From Lama glama (lineage: Eukaryota), in the NCBI GenBank assembly GCA_028534125.1, contig CM052841.1, forward strand, positions 11,284,001-11,348,000: DNA of 64,000 bases. The letters are read 5' to 3'. Below the pieces are notes generated by a model that saw only the letters and a program-made list of their open reading frames with translations, did not search any database and was not told where the DNA came from. Of this stretch, positions 25,790 to 36,586 are shown piece after piece. The position numbers were made by a program, and so were the translations under genes. How positions within the stretch are numbered: the first letter of the stretch is position 1; every line of letters starts with the position of its first letter.

Positions 25790-26180
25790 GATGTCCAGTT
25801 GTGAATACGTAGCCTACTGAATACTAGCACCACAAAATGCAAGTAGCAAGATGGAAGAGGCCCTGTGCTCAAAGAACTACATTCTAGTGATGAAGACAGA
25901 CAGCAATCAAGTATAGGAGTAAGAAAGATACTGCTTTTTCATTTTGGATGGACAGGGAAGGCCTCTTTGAGGAGGTGGTGCTGAGATGAGATCTCACTTT
26001 ATGGGAAGGAGTGTTTCAGGCAGAGGGGAGAGCATGTGCAAATACCCAGAGGTGGGAACCAGCTTAGCCATAAGGTCAGGCAGCAGAAAGCAAGCCGTGT
26101 CACTGGAGCAGAGTGGATGGGTGGGAGGAGGCAAGTGCAATGAGATATGACGGTCTAGGTCTCTGCTTATCATAGGGGAT
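25790..26180 (-). mobile_element. L2 LINE fragment
   Basis: 'ggccctgtgctcaaagaactacattctagtg', 'cagggaaggcctctttgaggaggtg', 'ttcaggcagaggggagagcatgtgcaaatacccagaggtggga'. Confidence 0.8.
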
Positions 26181-26439
26181 CCTGGCAACAACTCTCCTCT
26201 TGTTTCTGGAAAGTTTCAAGGGTTCTCAGGGCTGGAAGGGACATTTCCCAAACGCCCCAGTCTCTTTTCTCGGCAGTACTCATACTCAGCCTTCACTCAG
26301 GCTGTAGTTAGGTTCTCACAGTGCCATCTGTGAGTAAATGTTTAAAACTTAATCCAGGTGCTCAAATGTAACTATTATGAAAAGATTTTTTTTAAATGAA
26401 TCACTTCCCTAGAATTTTGGTGCCATAGTCTCTCATACT

Positions 26440-26812
26440 TCCGTTCCTTTACACATGCTGTTTACTCCACCTGAAATTCCTTCCTCCAATTTATGAATTC
26501 CTGTGGATATTCTATAAAACCCAACTTGAAGGTACCACCACCTCTGAGAGGCCTTCCCCACTCTTTGAACAGCCCCACCCGCGCTCCAGTAGTCAGAGGG
26601 ACAGGCGGCTCCTGCAGCACCCTTTCAGGTTTCTAGATGAGCCATGTGTCACTCTCTTGAAACTAGTTTACTTATTTCCTTATCTTTCTCCACTACTCTC
26701 AAACCTCTTGCAAGAGGAAGCTTCGTCTTGGGCATCTAACTCTGGAGTTTAGCAAGGTGCTTGAAACTTAGTTGTGCAACAGAATACTGGCTGCATGCTT
26801 CATTATTGAACA
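26440..26812 (+). mobile_element. L2 3' end
   Basis: 'cctttacacatgctgtttactccacctgaaattcc', 'cacctctgagaggccttccc', 'tagcaaggtgcttgaaacttag'. Confidence 0.65.
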
Positions 26813-26884
26813 TTAACTAAAATAAGCCCCCCAGGATTTGTCTAACTCACTCAGTGGGAGCACAGTTTGCATGTTGGTTAGTGG

Positions 26885-27404
26885 TGTTACTGAGTCCAGA
26901 CTTGTTCTGCTTACCACATAGGCCAGCAACTCAGGAGACAAGGTGTTGGGGCAAGGAATAACTATTTGGAGAGCCAGCAGACCTGAGAAGATGGGCGAAC
27001 TAATGTCCTGGAAGGCCATTTCCCCCAAGTCAGAATTCAGGCACTTTTTATACTAAAAAGGACAGGAGGGTGTGGTTGGTTGTTGCAAGGTTCTTGGTGT
27101 CGGAATCCTTTGTTCTTGGAGCTGTCCACATAGCTCTGATCATGGTGACCCTGTAAACCTCCAACAAGACAAATGTTATTTTCTCTTCTGCAGCTTTTTT
27201 TTTAATCTTCATATGAATGCAGAAGTGTTATAACCTTAAAGGTCAGAGCCTTGAGAATGGGCTATCCTGTGTATTTCAGGCTATAAGCAACATTCTTTTA
27301 CAGAAGGTGCAGAACCAGCATGACCCAGCACAGGAAACAGAGCCCAGGATTAGAACTAAAGGAACAGATCTAATATGGAGTCAGATTTGTTCCTCCCTAC
27401 TACA
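26885..27404 (-). mobile_element. ERV1 solo LTR, MER41-like
   Basis: TG...CA termini, 4-bp TSD GTGG/GTAG; the minus-strand start 'tgtagtagggaggaacaaatctgactccatatt' resembles MER41-type LTRs; antisense TATA 'ttttatacta'. Confidence 0.8.
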
Positions 27405-27589
27405 GTAGAGTTAGTTGTTGTGTGAAGACATCCCTTGCCTTGCATCCCAGCCCCTTCACTGAGTGCCTCAGTGAATTTCCATATGCCCCCTAGGGGCAGT
27501 AGTGGCCCCAGATGAGAACCATTGCTGGCCCATTAACTTATTTACTCATGTAAAAACTTTGAGTCAATGCTCCATCCCAAGCCCTGTGA

Positions 27590-27850
27590 CCAGTCTACAT
27601 GTATAACACTGGAGCAGAATTCACTGCTTCTCATTCTGTCCATCTTGTAGGACATCCCCGTAGGACACTTCTTCCTCATTATATCAAAATGTGCCTCCCC
27701 TAACATCTAAGACCATTGATTCCGGTCTTACTGTCTTGTGCAATACAGGACATATCTAATCTTTTCCGTTTGTGATAACCTTTCAACTGTTTGAAGACGT
27801 TTGATGCCCTCTGCCATCTACAATTTTCCTTTCTTTCAGTGAAACATTAC
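27590..27850 (-). mobile_element. L3/CR1 LINE fragment
   Basis: 'cttcttcctcattatatcaaaatgtgcctcccc...gaccattgattcc...tctaatctttt...ctttcaactgtttgaagac'. Confidence 0.5.
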
Positions 27851-28258
27851 TGATATATTTTTTTCTTGACTGCTCCCAATGGTATGAATTTGAGTGATCT
27901 CGGCTCTTTGTGTCAGCATGCATTTACTTTGACTGTCACGCTGTCATATTTTTACTGTACTTTTATGTTTGGCATTTTCCCCATTGTTTACAACTCAAGC
28001 AGTGATAGACGACCTGCAAGGTTTTTGTGTGGGGTTTATTTTTAAACGCATCAGGTCACGTAGATGTAGCCATTAGAGACTCTTCTCTGTGGAATGATTG
28101 CCTCTTTCCGGGCTTCTAGCAAGTGGCAACATGTTTAGCATCTACTGTGTATGCAGTGCAATATCGAACAGCACACGGGACAAAGAGAAATGTGAAGCAC
28201 TATTGTCAAAGAACGAATGAACTCATTAGAGCAGTTTACACACGTGAAAACATTAAAA

Positions 28259-28664
28259 CCGGTATGCCCAGAAATGCTTAGCAACGGGCTCTGTGGGTGG
28301 AGAGTGGAGGGAGAGCCCTGATTTGCGTTTACTAATTTCTGTGGTGTAAATCGTGACCGACTGCAGTCCACCAACAGGATGTCACTGCATGTGGAGCTGA
28401 ACCCTCCGTGTTACACCGTTTCCTCCATATACGAGACGTAAATAACCTTAAAGGCTTCGATCATAGTAAAATGTAACACAAATAACTAGAGAGTGTTATG
28501 TTTTGAGTATTTGTTACCTTCACCTTTAATATAATTTATTTAATTATAATTTTATGTAGTTTAAGCTTCAGTAATGGCTGTATGTAACAACTGCCTCTCA
28601 GAATTCCTGAGACTGGAACAGTTGGCTCACAGGCTGATGTGAGCAGACCCCAGCCCACTCCTGG
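28259..28664 (-). mobile_element. MER63 (hAT-Blackjack)
   Basis: 'gagccctgatttgcgtttactaatttctgtggtgtaaat', 'taatggctgtatgtaacaactgcctctcagaattcctga', terminal 'ccagcccactcctgg'. Confidence 0.8.
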
Positions 28665-29284
28665 AAATTCAGCTCATGACAACGACATGATGGGGCACTA
28701 GACACACATACAGAATAAATGGCTTTGCAGTTTAGGTGAGAAAATAATCACAACGTTATGTGGTGAAGTAATCAAGGAAGATTTTCCCGGAGGTGGTAAG
28801 ACTTGAAGAATGCACAGGATTTACATTAAGGAAGGGAGAGGCGCTGTGGCTCTGTAGTGTAGACAGCGTCTTACTTAGTAACCATAGTTCAATAACCAGG
28901 ATTTCTCGAGGGCCAGTTCTGTGCCCAGCATTGTACTACAGACCACAGTGTGAGGTTTACCGTACCCAGAAGTAGGTACTGTTACTAGCCTCCTTTTAAA
29001 ATGAGGAAACTGGGACTTAAGTCAGAAAATCTTGCCTCAAGTCACACAGCTGATAAGAGTTATTTTGCCTTGTGTTCCTCTTGTCTGAGATTCATTTCGG
29101 ACATGTTTAGTAGAAGGGACCACGCCTGTGAGCACCCTCCGGCTTGTCTGTTCATACACCAGCATTCATGACTATGGAAGTCACCTAGTAGTTTCAGACA
29201 CTCTTAGCATTTAAACATTTCCATCTGTCTTTCACTGATGGACAAACCACCAAATAATATTTCCCTCTGAATGTCACTGGGTCT

Positions 29285-29710
29285 TTCTGGGGGAGAGATG
29301 GCAAGTGACAAAAACCCAGATGAAACTGACTTAATGAAAAGTGACATTTATTGGTCCACCAACTGAAAATACAGAGATGGGTCTAAGTTCAGGCACGTCT
29401 GGACTCAAAGAGTTCTACACGCAATTGCTCTGTCTCTCCCCTGTGCTCTTCAGTTCATGCTTACATTCTCACCACTCTAAGGCAGGCAGAAAAGGGAAAA
29501 CTGCTCTTTCTCCGCAATCTGAAGAAACTAGGACTCAGACCATATTCTCATGGGCCCTGGTTGGGCTGTACCTTCATTGGTGAACGGCAGAGAAGGTATT
29601 CTCTTCCAGCCAAGAGTAAGTCATGCGCCCTCCTTCCCCTCACAGTACGTGCTGAGAGTCAGGGAAGGACATTCCTCAGGGAAATGAAGATGCTGTTAGC
29701 AGTAGTCCAC
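29285..29710 (-). mobile_element. Old MaLR LTR (MLT1K/L-like)
   Basis: 'ggcaagtgacaaaaacccagatgaaactgacttaa...atttattggtc...aactgaaaa...ttcaggcacgtctggactca'. Confidence 0.6.
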
Positions 29711-30017
29711 AGTACGTGTGTAAGGAAGAGAAATGGGGGCAGAGGAAGCCACGGTCATACAGGAGATGACACAGTGAACACAGAAACCAGAAACTTTTAT
29801 GAAGACTAAATGTAGAACATGTATCACCCAAATCCTTTCAAATTATAAGACAGAGCACAGCTCCGTGGACACGTGTAGAACACAGGTAGCACTTCTAGAC
29901 CCTCAGCTCCAGTGTGGGGAGAGGGACTGTGCCCACGAGAGGTCATTCAGCATTTTTAGAGCACCTAACTATATCTACTAGGCATTATGACAGTTCACAT
30001 TCTCATACTTATTTTTT

Positions 30018-30760
30018 GTCTTTATACTGAGTTGAAAAACAATAAGCTGCACATATTTAAAGTGTACAATTTAGATTTGACATATGTTTACACCTGTGAA
30101 ACCATCACCACATCTGGACAACAAACATTTCTGTTTCCCCTACAAGTGTCCCAGTGCCCCCCATTTACTCCCTCCCCAGGCACCCTCTCTGATCTGCTCT
30201 CTGCCACTATAGATTAGTGATTTGCATTTTCTAAAATTTCATGTAAATAGGAGAATATAGTACGTACGGTTTTTGGTATAACTTCTCTCACGTAGTGTAA
30301 TGATTTCAAGAGTCATCCGTGTTGCATATATCAGTAATGCCTTTTTTGTGGCTGAGTAGCATTCCAGTTGTATGCATATACTATAATTTGTTTATCCATT
30401 CACTTGTTGATGGATAGTTGGGTTGTTTCTATTTTTTCTTCTTGCTGTTAAACATAAAGCTGCAGTGAATATTCATGCACTTCTTTGTGTGAGCATTAAG
30501 TTTCCATTTCTCTTTAGTAACCACCTAGGAGTGGAATACCTGGGTCATATGGCAGGTATATGCTTAACTTTGTAGGAAATTGCCGAATCGTTTTCCAAAG
30601 TGGTTGTGCCGTTTTACATTCCCACTCTCAGTACGTAGGTGTTCCATTTCTTCTCCTTCTTGGCTAATTGTATGGTCAGTGTTTCTTTAATTTTATTCAT
30701 TCTCATGTGTGTGTAGTGGAATCACAGGTTTAATTTGCATTTTCCTCATAACTAATAACA
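30018..30760 (-). mobile_element. L1MB-like LINE 3' fragment
   Basis: 'ctgcacatatttaaagtgtacaatt', 'tttgtttatccattcacttgttgatgga', 'ctgggtcatatggcaggtatatgcttaacttt', 'ttttccaaagtggttgtgccgttttacattccca'. Confidence 0.9.
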
Positions 30761-31734
30761 TAGTCCCATTTTGACATTATTTCTTACCTAGAGATGATGG
30801 GGTTTTTCTACTGGGTAGAATTTCTCTGTATATATAAACTCTTTTGAACTCCCTGTGCACAAAAGTTTAGTTATTCCTATGTGGAATAATGACAATTCAC
30901 TCATTCAGCATCTCCCTTGACTTTATTATATCTGTGAAACTTTTCTAAAGCTAGTTGCAAAGAATCCTCTCAAAGTTTTTTGACTCTTTAAACCACTGCT
31001 TGAAACCAGTGTAGTTTAAAATAATGTAATTTTAGCAGACCGTAGCTGGCCTTTACTTTTTCTTTATGTGACTGAAAATTTGCATCTAGAAATTTATTAG
31101 GAAATCTATCTTTAGAAATAGTCAAGGCAAAATCTCTCTCAGTATCTTCTCTCTGGAAAATTCTAGACTCAACAGCTGGAGATCCAGTGACATAGTAAGG
31201 GAAAGAAAATTTGCATTACTATCAAATGGTGCAATTATCTTTCTTACCGGAGTTGCTCATATCCACACGTCAGCAGTACCAAGCGTTGCCCCGAGGTTGG
31301 ACTTTTTAGAAATAACCACTTAATCACTGTGCTTGCTTCAGTTCTGATGCTGTATTTTACTTTTTCTGATCTTAATTGAACGCCTCTGAGTAAGTCAGTA
31401 TTTACTGGTGCACATGCATGCACACAGAGCTGTAGTTGGGAGGAGGAAATTGGATTATTTATCTTTGTGTTCGGGTTTCCAACTTCCTGACGTTCAAGTC
31501 AAAGGCCTGCGCTTGAATGGGGTTCTTGGGTTTCCAAGGAGATCATCAGCCAGCGTTCTGCCCAGCAGTCTGTCTGCTCACCTTGAGAATCGGTGCTAGT
31601 TCCGCTGTGGCTGTCCTAGTTGTGGAAGGAAGGAGGAAGAGAAAGGAGGAGTGGAGTAAGGGTTGTTTTTAAACAAAGACTTCAGGGCTATGCTGGTAGC
31701 ACATTTTAAAGAACGCTGTTATAATCAAGTTATA

Positions 31735-31970
31735 GTGATCACTTTCTAACGCTTATTAAGCCTTTGGTGTGCGGCAAATACTGTGCTAAGGTATTCAACT
31801 GGCATCTTCTGTTGGAATGAGTGTAAGCAGTATTAGTGTCCCCCCATTTGTGGATGTGGACATTGAGGTTCAAATAACTGAACTAATTTGCTGAAGGTCA
31901 CTGTGTTTGTCTTGGCAGAGCCTGGGTTTGAATCCAGGCCTGTGTGTTCCAGAAATCATTTTAATCATTT
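31735..31970 (-). mobile_element. MIR SINE
   Basis: 'cccatttgtggatgtggacattgaggttca...aatttgctgaaggtcac...ggcagagcctgggtttgaatccaggcctgt'. Confidence 0.75.
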
Positions 31971-32278
31971 CATTGTACTAACTTGACTGGCTTATCAGAA
32001 AATACGGAAGAAGATTAATTTTTAGAGCCTTGGAAAATTTTGCCATCCATGTCTCTAAAAAGTGTGTTGTATGCTGGATAATGGCGAGAATTTCACTACC
32101 AAAAGTGTACTAAGCACTTCACACCCTACCTGCGTGCTCCACTGAGGGTAGATGCAGGCTGGCTACACCAAAATATTCCTAGAAAGAAACGTCAACTGAC
32201 AGCAAGATGAGGCAAACATAGCCTTAACGACCCTCCCCCCCCACGTTCCGGAAATCTCCTTAAATGTCATTGAGACCC

Positions 32279-32774
32279 TGTGTTGGTTAATCTTAGGCTT
32301 TATCCTGACTTGGTGACAGGAGTTAGTGCCCAGATTGTCTTCAAATACTATTCTAGGTGTGTCCGTGAGGGTACTTCTGGGAGACATTAATATTTAAATA
32401 GGTAGGTTGCCAGCCTTTGGACTGAAACTCTACTCACCCTGCAGAAACTGAGACTTGTTTTCTCCATAATGGTGTGAGCCAGTTCTTTATAATAAATCTT
32501 TTTTTTCCATTCTTTTTTAAAAATATTGAAATATATAGTCAATTTACAATGTTGTGTCAATTTCTGGTGTATAGCACAATGCTTCAGTCATATAGGAACA
32601 TACATATATTCATTTTCATATTCTTTTTCACCATAAGTTTTTACAAGATACTGACCATAGTTGTCTGTGCTATACAGGATAAACTTGCTGTTTATCTATT
32701 TTATGTATATTAGTATCTGCAAATCTATACACACACTCTGTTGATTGCTTCTCTGGAGAACCCTGGCTAATACA
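32279..32774 (+). mobile_element. ERVL MLT2 solo LTR (internally deleted), interrupted by an L1 fragment
   Basis: 'tgtgttggttaatctt', 'tattctaggtgtgtccgtgagggt', 'ctccataatggtgtgagccagttctttataataaatct', ends 'ctctggagaaccctggctaataca'. Confidence 0.85.
32499..32726 (-). mobile_element. 5'-truncated lineage-specific L1 3' UTR
   Basis: T-rich tail then 'tagtcaatttacaatgttgtgtcaatttctggtgtatagcac...ttcagtcatata...tgtgctatacag', typical of artiodactyl L1 3' ends. Confidence 0.85.
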
Positions 32775-34509
32775 GCCACTTAATGGGATTTCCTCTCTGT
32801 AACTCATGCCAGGTGATCGATCTGTATGCGTATAATCAAAGTGTTTCCCACTGTCCTGGCTCAGGGAGAAGTGGGGTTCGTCCTGTCCAGCTCTGCCAAA
32901 GGCTAGTGGTTAGACCTTCCCTTTCCAGCCTCTTCCGGTTCATCTCTAGCACTGAAAGCATCTGGGACATTGTAAAGCTGTAATGGGAGTGAGTTTTCTC
33001 ATGGTGGGTTGCGTCTTCTGGGGCTGAGCAGACTCTGGCCTGAGTGGCCTCCTCTCCTACTGGGCATCGCTGTGCTTGTGGCACTGGCGCTGGGGGGTCA
33101 GGGCAACAGGCAGCACCCTGACGCGCAGGCAGTGTGTCTGCTGCACCTTGTTCTGGGGGAACTTGGACCATCTGCTAAGATGGGCTGGGTTTTTACCTGC
33201 AGGGTCTCTCCAGGTGAGGGGCTGTCATCCTGGCTGCCCAGACTCTGTATTCACAAATGCTTGTCTCCAACTTCTGCTGTGAACAGGGTTTTGTTTTCTA
33301 ATGTGGTAGACTTTTTTTTTTTTTTTTGACTCCTCCTCAATCCCTGAGGTTCTAGACTTTTGGAATGCAAATACAAGGAAGGGCGTCATTTTCCTTTGCT
33401 CCCTGTTCCTCCCTTCCTCGAGGCAGTGAGCACTGGCAACCTGGCCAAAAGGCTGCAGAGAAGGAAGGGTTAAAAGGAAAAAAGAAATCTCTCAGAGGTG
33501 GATGGAGGGAGTTCATTAACATTTCAAAAATGCTATCATTACCTGGGCTTCTAGGGGTAACAGAACTCCTTTTCCTCCTCCCAACTCAGGGAAAACCCTT
33601 TCAATTTTTGGACTGTGTTGTTAGCATGAACTTGGTTTCCTCCAGGTTTAGCATCTCCAGTTCCTTCCCTCCTTCTTCCACTCTTCATTACTCATGTGAC
33701 ATCCATTTAAGTCTCTCTTTTGTCCTACTTTCTTTGTGCTTTTTAAAGATTTGTGATGGAGACTGGGCACCACCTGTGGTCTGACTGGGGCACATGCATA
33801 ATTTCAGGTGGTCTCTGTTTTAATGATAAAAACCACCCAACCCCGGACACACAGACAAACTCACTCACACCCTCCTGCTGTAAGTTAGAGCAAAACCTGA
33901 TGCAGGATATCTCCTGCAGCTTCTCTTGGCCCCCAGAGCCTCTAACAAGTGAGGAGGGAGGGGGCTTGCAGCTACCAGTAACATTGTCCACTTACAGTAA
34001 GGTCTTGCAGGATCCAAGAAGCTTAATTTTGTGCTGGGCCAGAGTCACTTTATAACATGCCTTTCATCACCATTTAGAACGAATGTTCACATTCAATCAA
34101 ATCTCTGCTGAATTCTTCCACTTAAGAGGGTATTTGCAAACTTCAGGCTCTGCTGGTTGCTGAACCAGACTCATGTCACAGAATTCTACTGTCACCTGGG
34201 GAAAACAGCAGTCTGTGTGCAGGCTTTCTGAGCTGTGTCTCCCTGCTCTCCAGCGTCCTGGAAAGCCCTTTCGTTCCCAGCAATGTGGAGCACATTACTA
34301 CTCTGTAATAGTGGCTTCACCCGACTGTGGAGAGGTTTGCGTGACACAGGATGATGTGCTGGTAGACCTCACTTTGCCAAACAGCACAGAATTTACTCTG
34401 TTTTCTTGTATTTTTCCCACCCCATATCCCTTAATGCCCAGGATTTAAGAAACTGATTGAAGTTTTTCCAGAGGAGTATACACCTGGGCATCTGTATCCA
34501 TGTGGGAGG

Positions 34510-34941
34510 AGATCCACCATCTAGTTTGGAATAATAATTGCTCATGTGAGACTGAACACACAAAAGGACAGTGGCTGGATCATGTATGAGAACTCTGACC
34601 CACATCTTCCACAGCAACTGGCCCATTAAGGTTAGGGCTTGGTCAGTGACTGTCAGCTCCTCTATTTTTTGCCCACTTTTAATTCAGGATCAACCAGGGA
34701 AAGTCAAGCACGCTTTTCAAACCAATCAGTTAAGATGCTTTGCTTCTAGGTAGCCCACCTCCAGCCTCCCCATGCCCATAGCCTCCAGTCAAAGCACACC
34801 TGAAGCCTTCCCTTTTTTTATTATAAGGCTCTCTCACTCCCTGCCTGTCTTTGAGTCTTGGCCAAGCGCAGGCGATGGTGTGACTCTTTGCTATACGGAG
34901 CCTTATGTGCGTTCTCATTTGGGTGGTCTTTATTGATGTAC
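34510..34941 (+). mobile_element. ERV1 LTR (MER67-like)
   Basis: 'agaactctgacccaca', 'cttggtcagtgactgtcagct', 'tcaggatcaaccagggaaag', 'aaccaatca', 'ttctcatttgggtggtcttt'. Confidence 0.7.
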
Positions 34942-35118
34942 ATTTAATCATTTAATCCTCGCTACAAGCCTACGAGTAAAATATTACTATTGTCTCCATT
35001 GTTCTGATGAGGCAGAGAGGTGTGAAACTCTCTGCACAAGGTCAAACCACTGCTCAGTGATGCGTCAGGAATTGAATCTAGGTTTGTCTGCCTCCTAAGT
35101 GCACGTGTTTAAACTGGT
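34942..35118 (-). mobile_element. MIR SINE
   Basis: 'tcatttaatcctcgctacaagcctacgag...tattactattgtctccatt...caaggtca...caggaattgaatctagg'. Confidence 0.75.
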
Positions 35119-35229
35119 ACCTTCTGTTGTCTCACTGTGAGCCCTTAGGAGCCAAGCATTGGTACCTGCTGTTGGACTGGTAAGAGTTGAATTTTGGTAG
35201 AAGATCATGTGGTTTTTAAATTTATGTAT

Positions 35230-35673
35230 ACTTTAGGTTCTCAGGCCAGAGATGGACAGCTGGTCACCGGCCAGGTGCTCCCCTCCATGATACAGACTTG
35301 TGAAGTGCCGTCCAGCAGGGACTATGTTTCCCAAGGCTCATGTGTCCAGCTGAGGGCATGTGGCTACTTCTGGCTAATAAAGTGTGAGCCTGAATGTTAT
35401 GTGTTCTTTTGGAAGGCGTAGCTCAGTTTCTGGTGGGCCATGTCCACCCTCTCTTACCCTTCCATGAGTATTGTGTGGGGTCATGTCGCAGGTGCCAGCA
35501 ACAAAAGTTGCAAGGATACTGAATTGCTCAGTTTGTACTTAGAGCAGAGCCACCCAGAGAGCTGCCAGGCCAGGAATATTCCCCCTGGACTTGGTACAAG
35601 TGTGAAGTTAATGTTTGTTATGTTCAGTCATTGAAGTTCTGGGGTTCTTTCAGCAGCCAGCGTATCCTAATAC
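35230..35673 (+). mobile_element. Old MaLR LTR (MLT1H-J-like)
   Basis: 'gactatgtttccca', 'catgtggctacttctggctaata', ends 'ttatgttcagtcattgaagttctgggg...cagcagccagcgtatcctaataca'. Confidence 0.65.
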
Positions 35674-35881
35674 AGTTCTCTTCAAAAAAATATTTTAAGG
35701 GAGAGAATTGGGCCCTCAGATCACTGTCTAGAAACAATTAGATTTCATCTGGATAACTAAAATGTTCATGCTGATGTTTCTGTAAAAGAATTTGTATACT
35801 TTTAGCTTGTAGAGCTTGAAGTGCAGACACAGTAGACTATTGTAGTAGGAGCTGACATTGAATGCAATTGATTGCAGCCAC

Positions 35882-36011
35882 NNNNNNNNNNNNNNNNNNN
35901 NNNNNNNNNNNNNNNNNNNNNNNNNNNNNNNNNNNNNNNNNNNNNNNNNNNNNNNNNNNNNNNNNNNNNNNNNNNNNNNNNNNNNNNNNNNNNNNNNNNN
36001 NNNNNNNNNNN
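35882..36011. other. Undetermined block, 130 N (assembly gap or masked sequence)
   Basis: Run of N read directly. Confidence 0.98.
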
Positions 36012-36506
36012 TGTATTTGGATTTTGCAAGTAGCTACTGTAGCAAAGAGATTTCTGGACACCCCTCTAGCTAATCAGATTATGGACATGAATGCTGGGGT
36101 GACAAACTAGCGAATGTATGAAAAGACAAATGAGAAGCTCTCCCTTACCAGCACTTGTAACTAGCTGTTTGTTTAAAATAACAGCTTTAGACCTCTTTCC
36201 AGCTGTGCTGTCCTCACTTCTGGCTACAAATGATGGACGTGAGACTGAAAATTGTATGAGAGCTACTTAACAAATTGATACCTTTCAAGGGACATCAGCA
36301 GAATAAAGCACTTTAAAATTCACTTCATGCCACTTGAAGAAAGCATTGATAAATATATTGAAAGAGCCAGAGCTACCAGCAGTTTAAAAGCCCTGTTCAT
36401 CTTATAAAGAAGGAAAGGCAAAGCATGTATATCGTTAATGGCACAGCAGGCTAAATCTTACACGGACAAGGGAGGCTTTGTACGAACTCCAAACGTACCC
36501 ACAGGA

Positions 36507-36586
36507 TGTGCGTGCGTGCGTGCGTGCCCGAGCGCGTGCGTGCGTGCGTGCCCCGTGCGTGCGTGCCCAGCGCGTGCGTGCGTGCG
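36507..36586. repeat. Interrupted (CGTG)n microsatellite
   Basis: Four blocks of 4, 4, 3 and 3 CGTG units separated by CCC(G)AGCG or CCC spacers. Confidence 0.95.
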
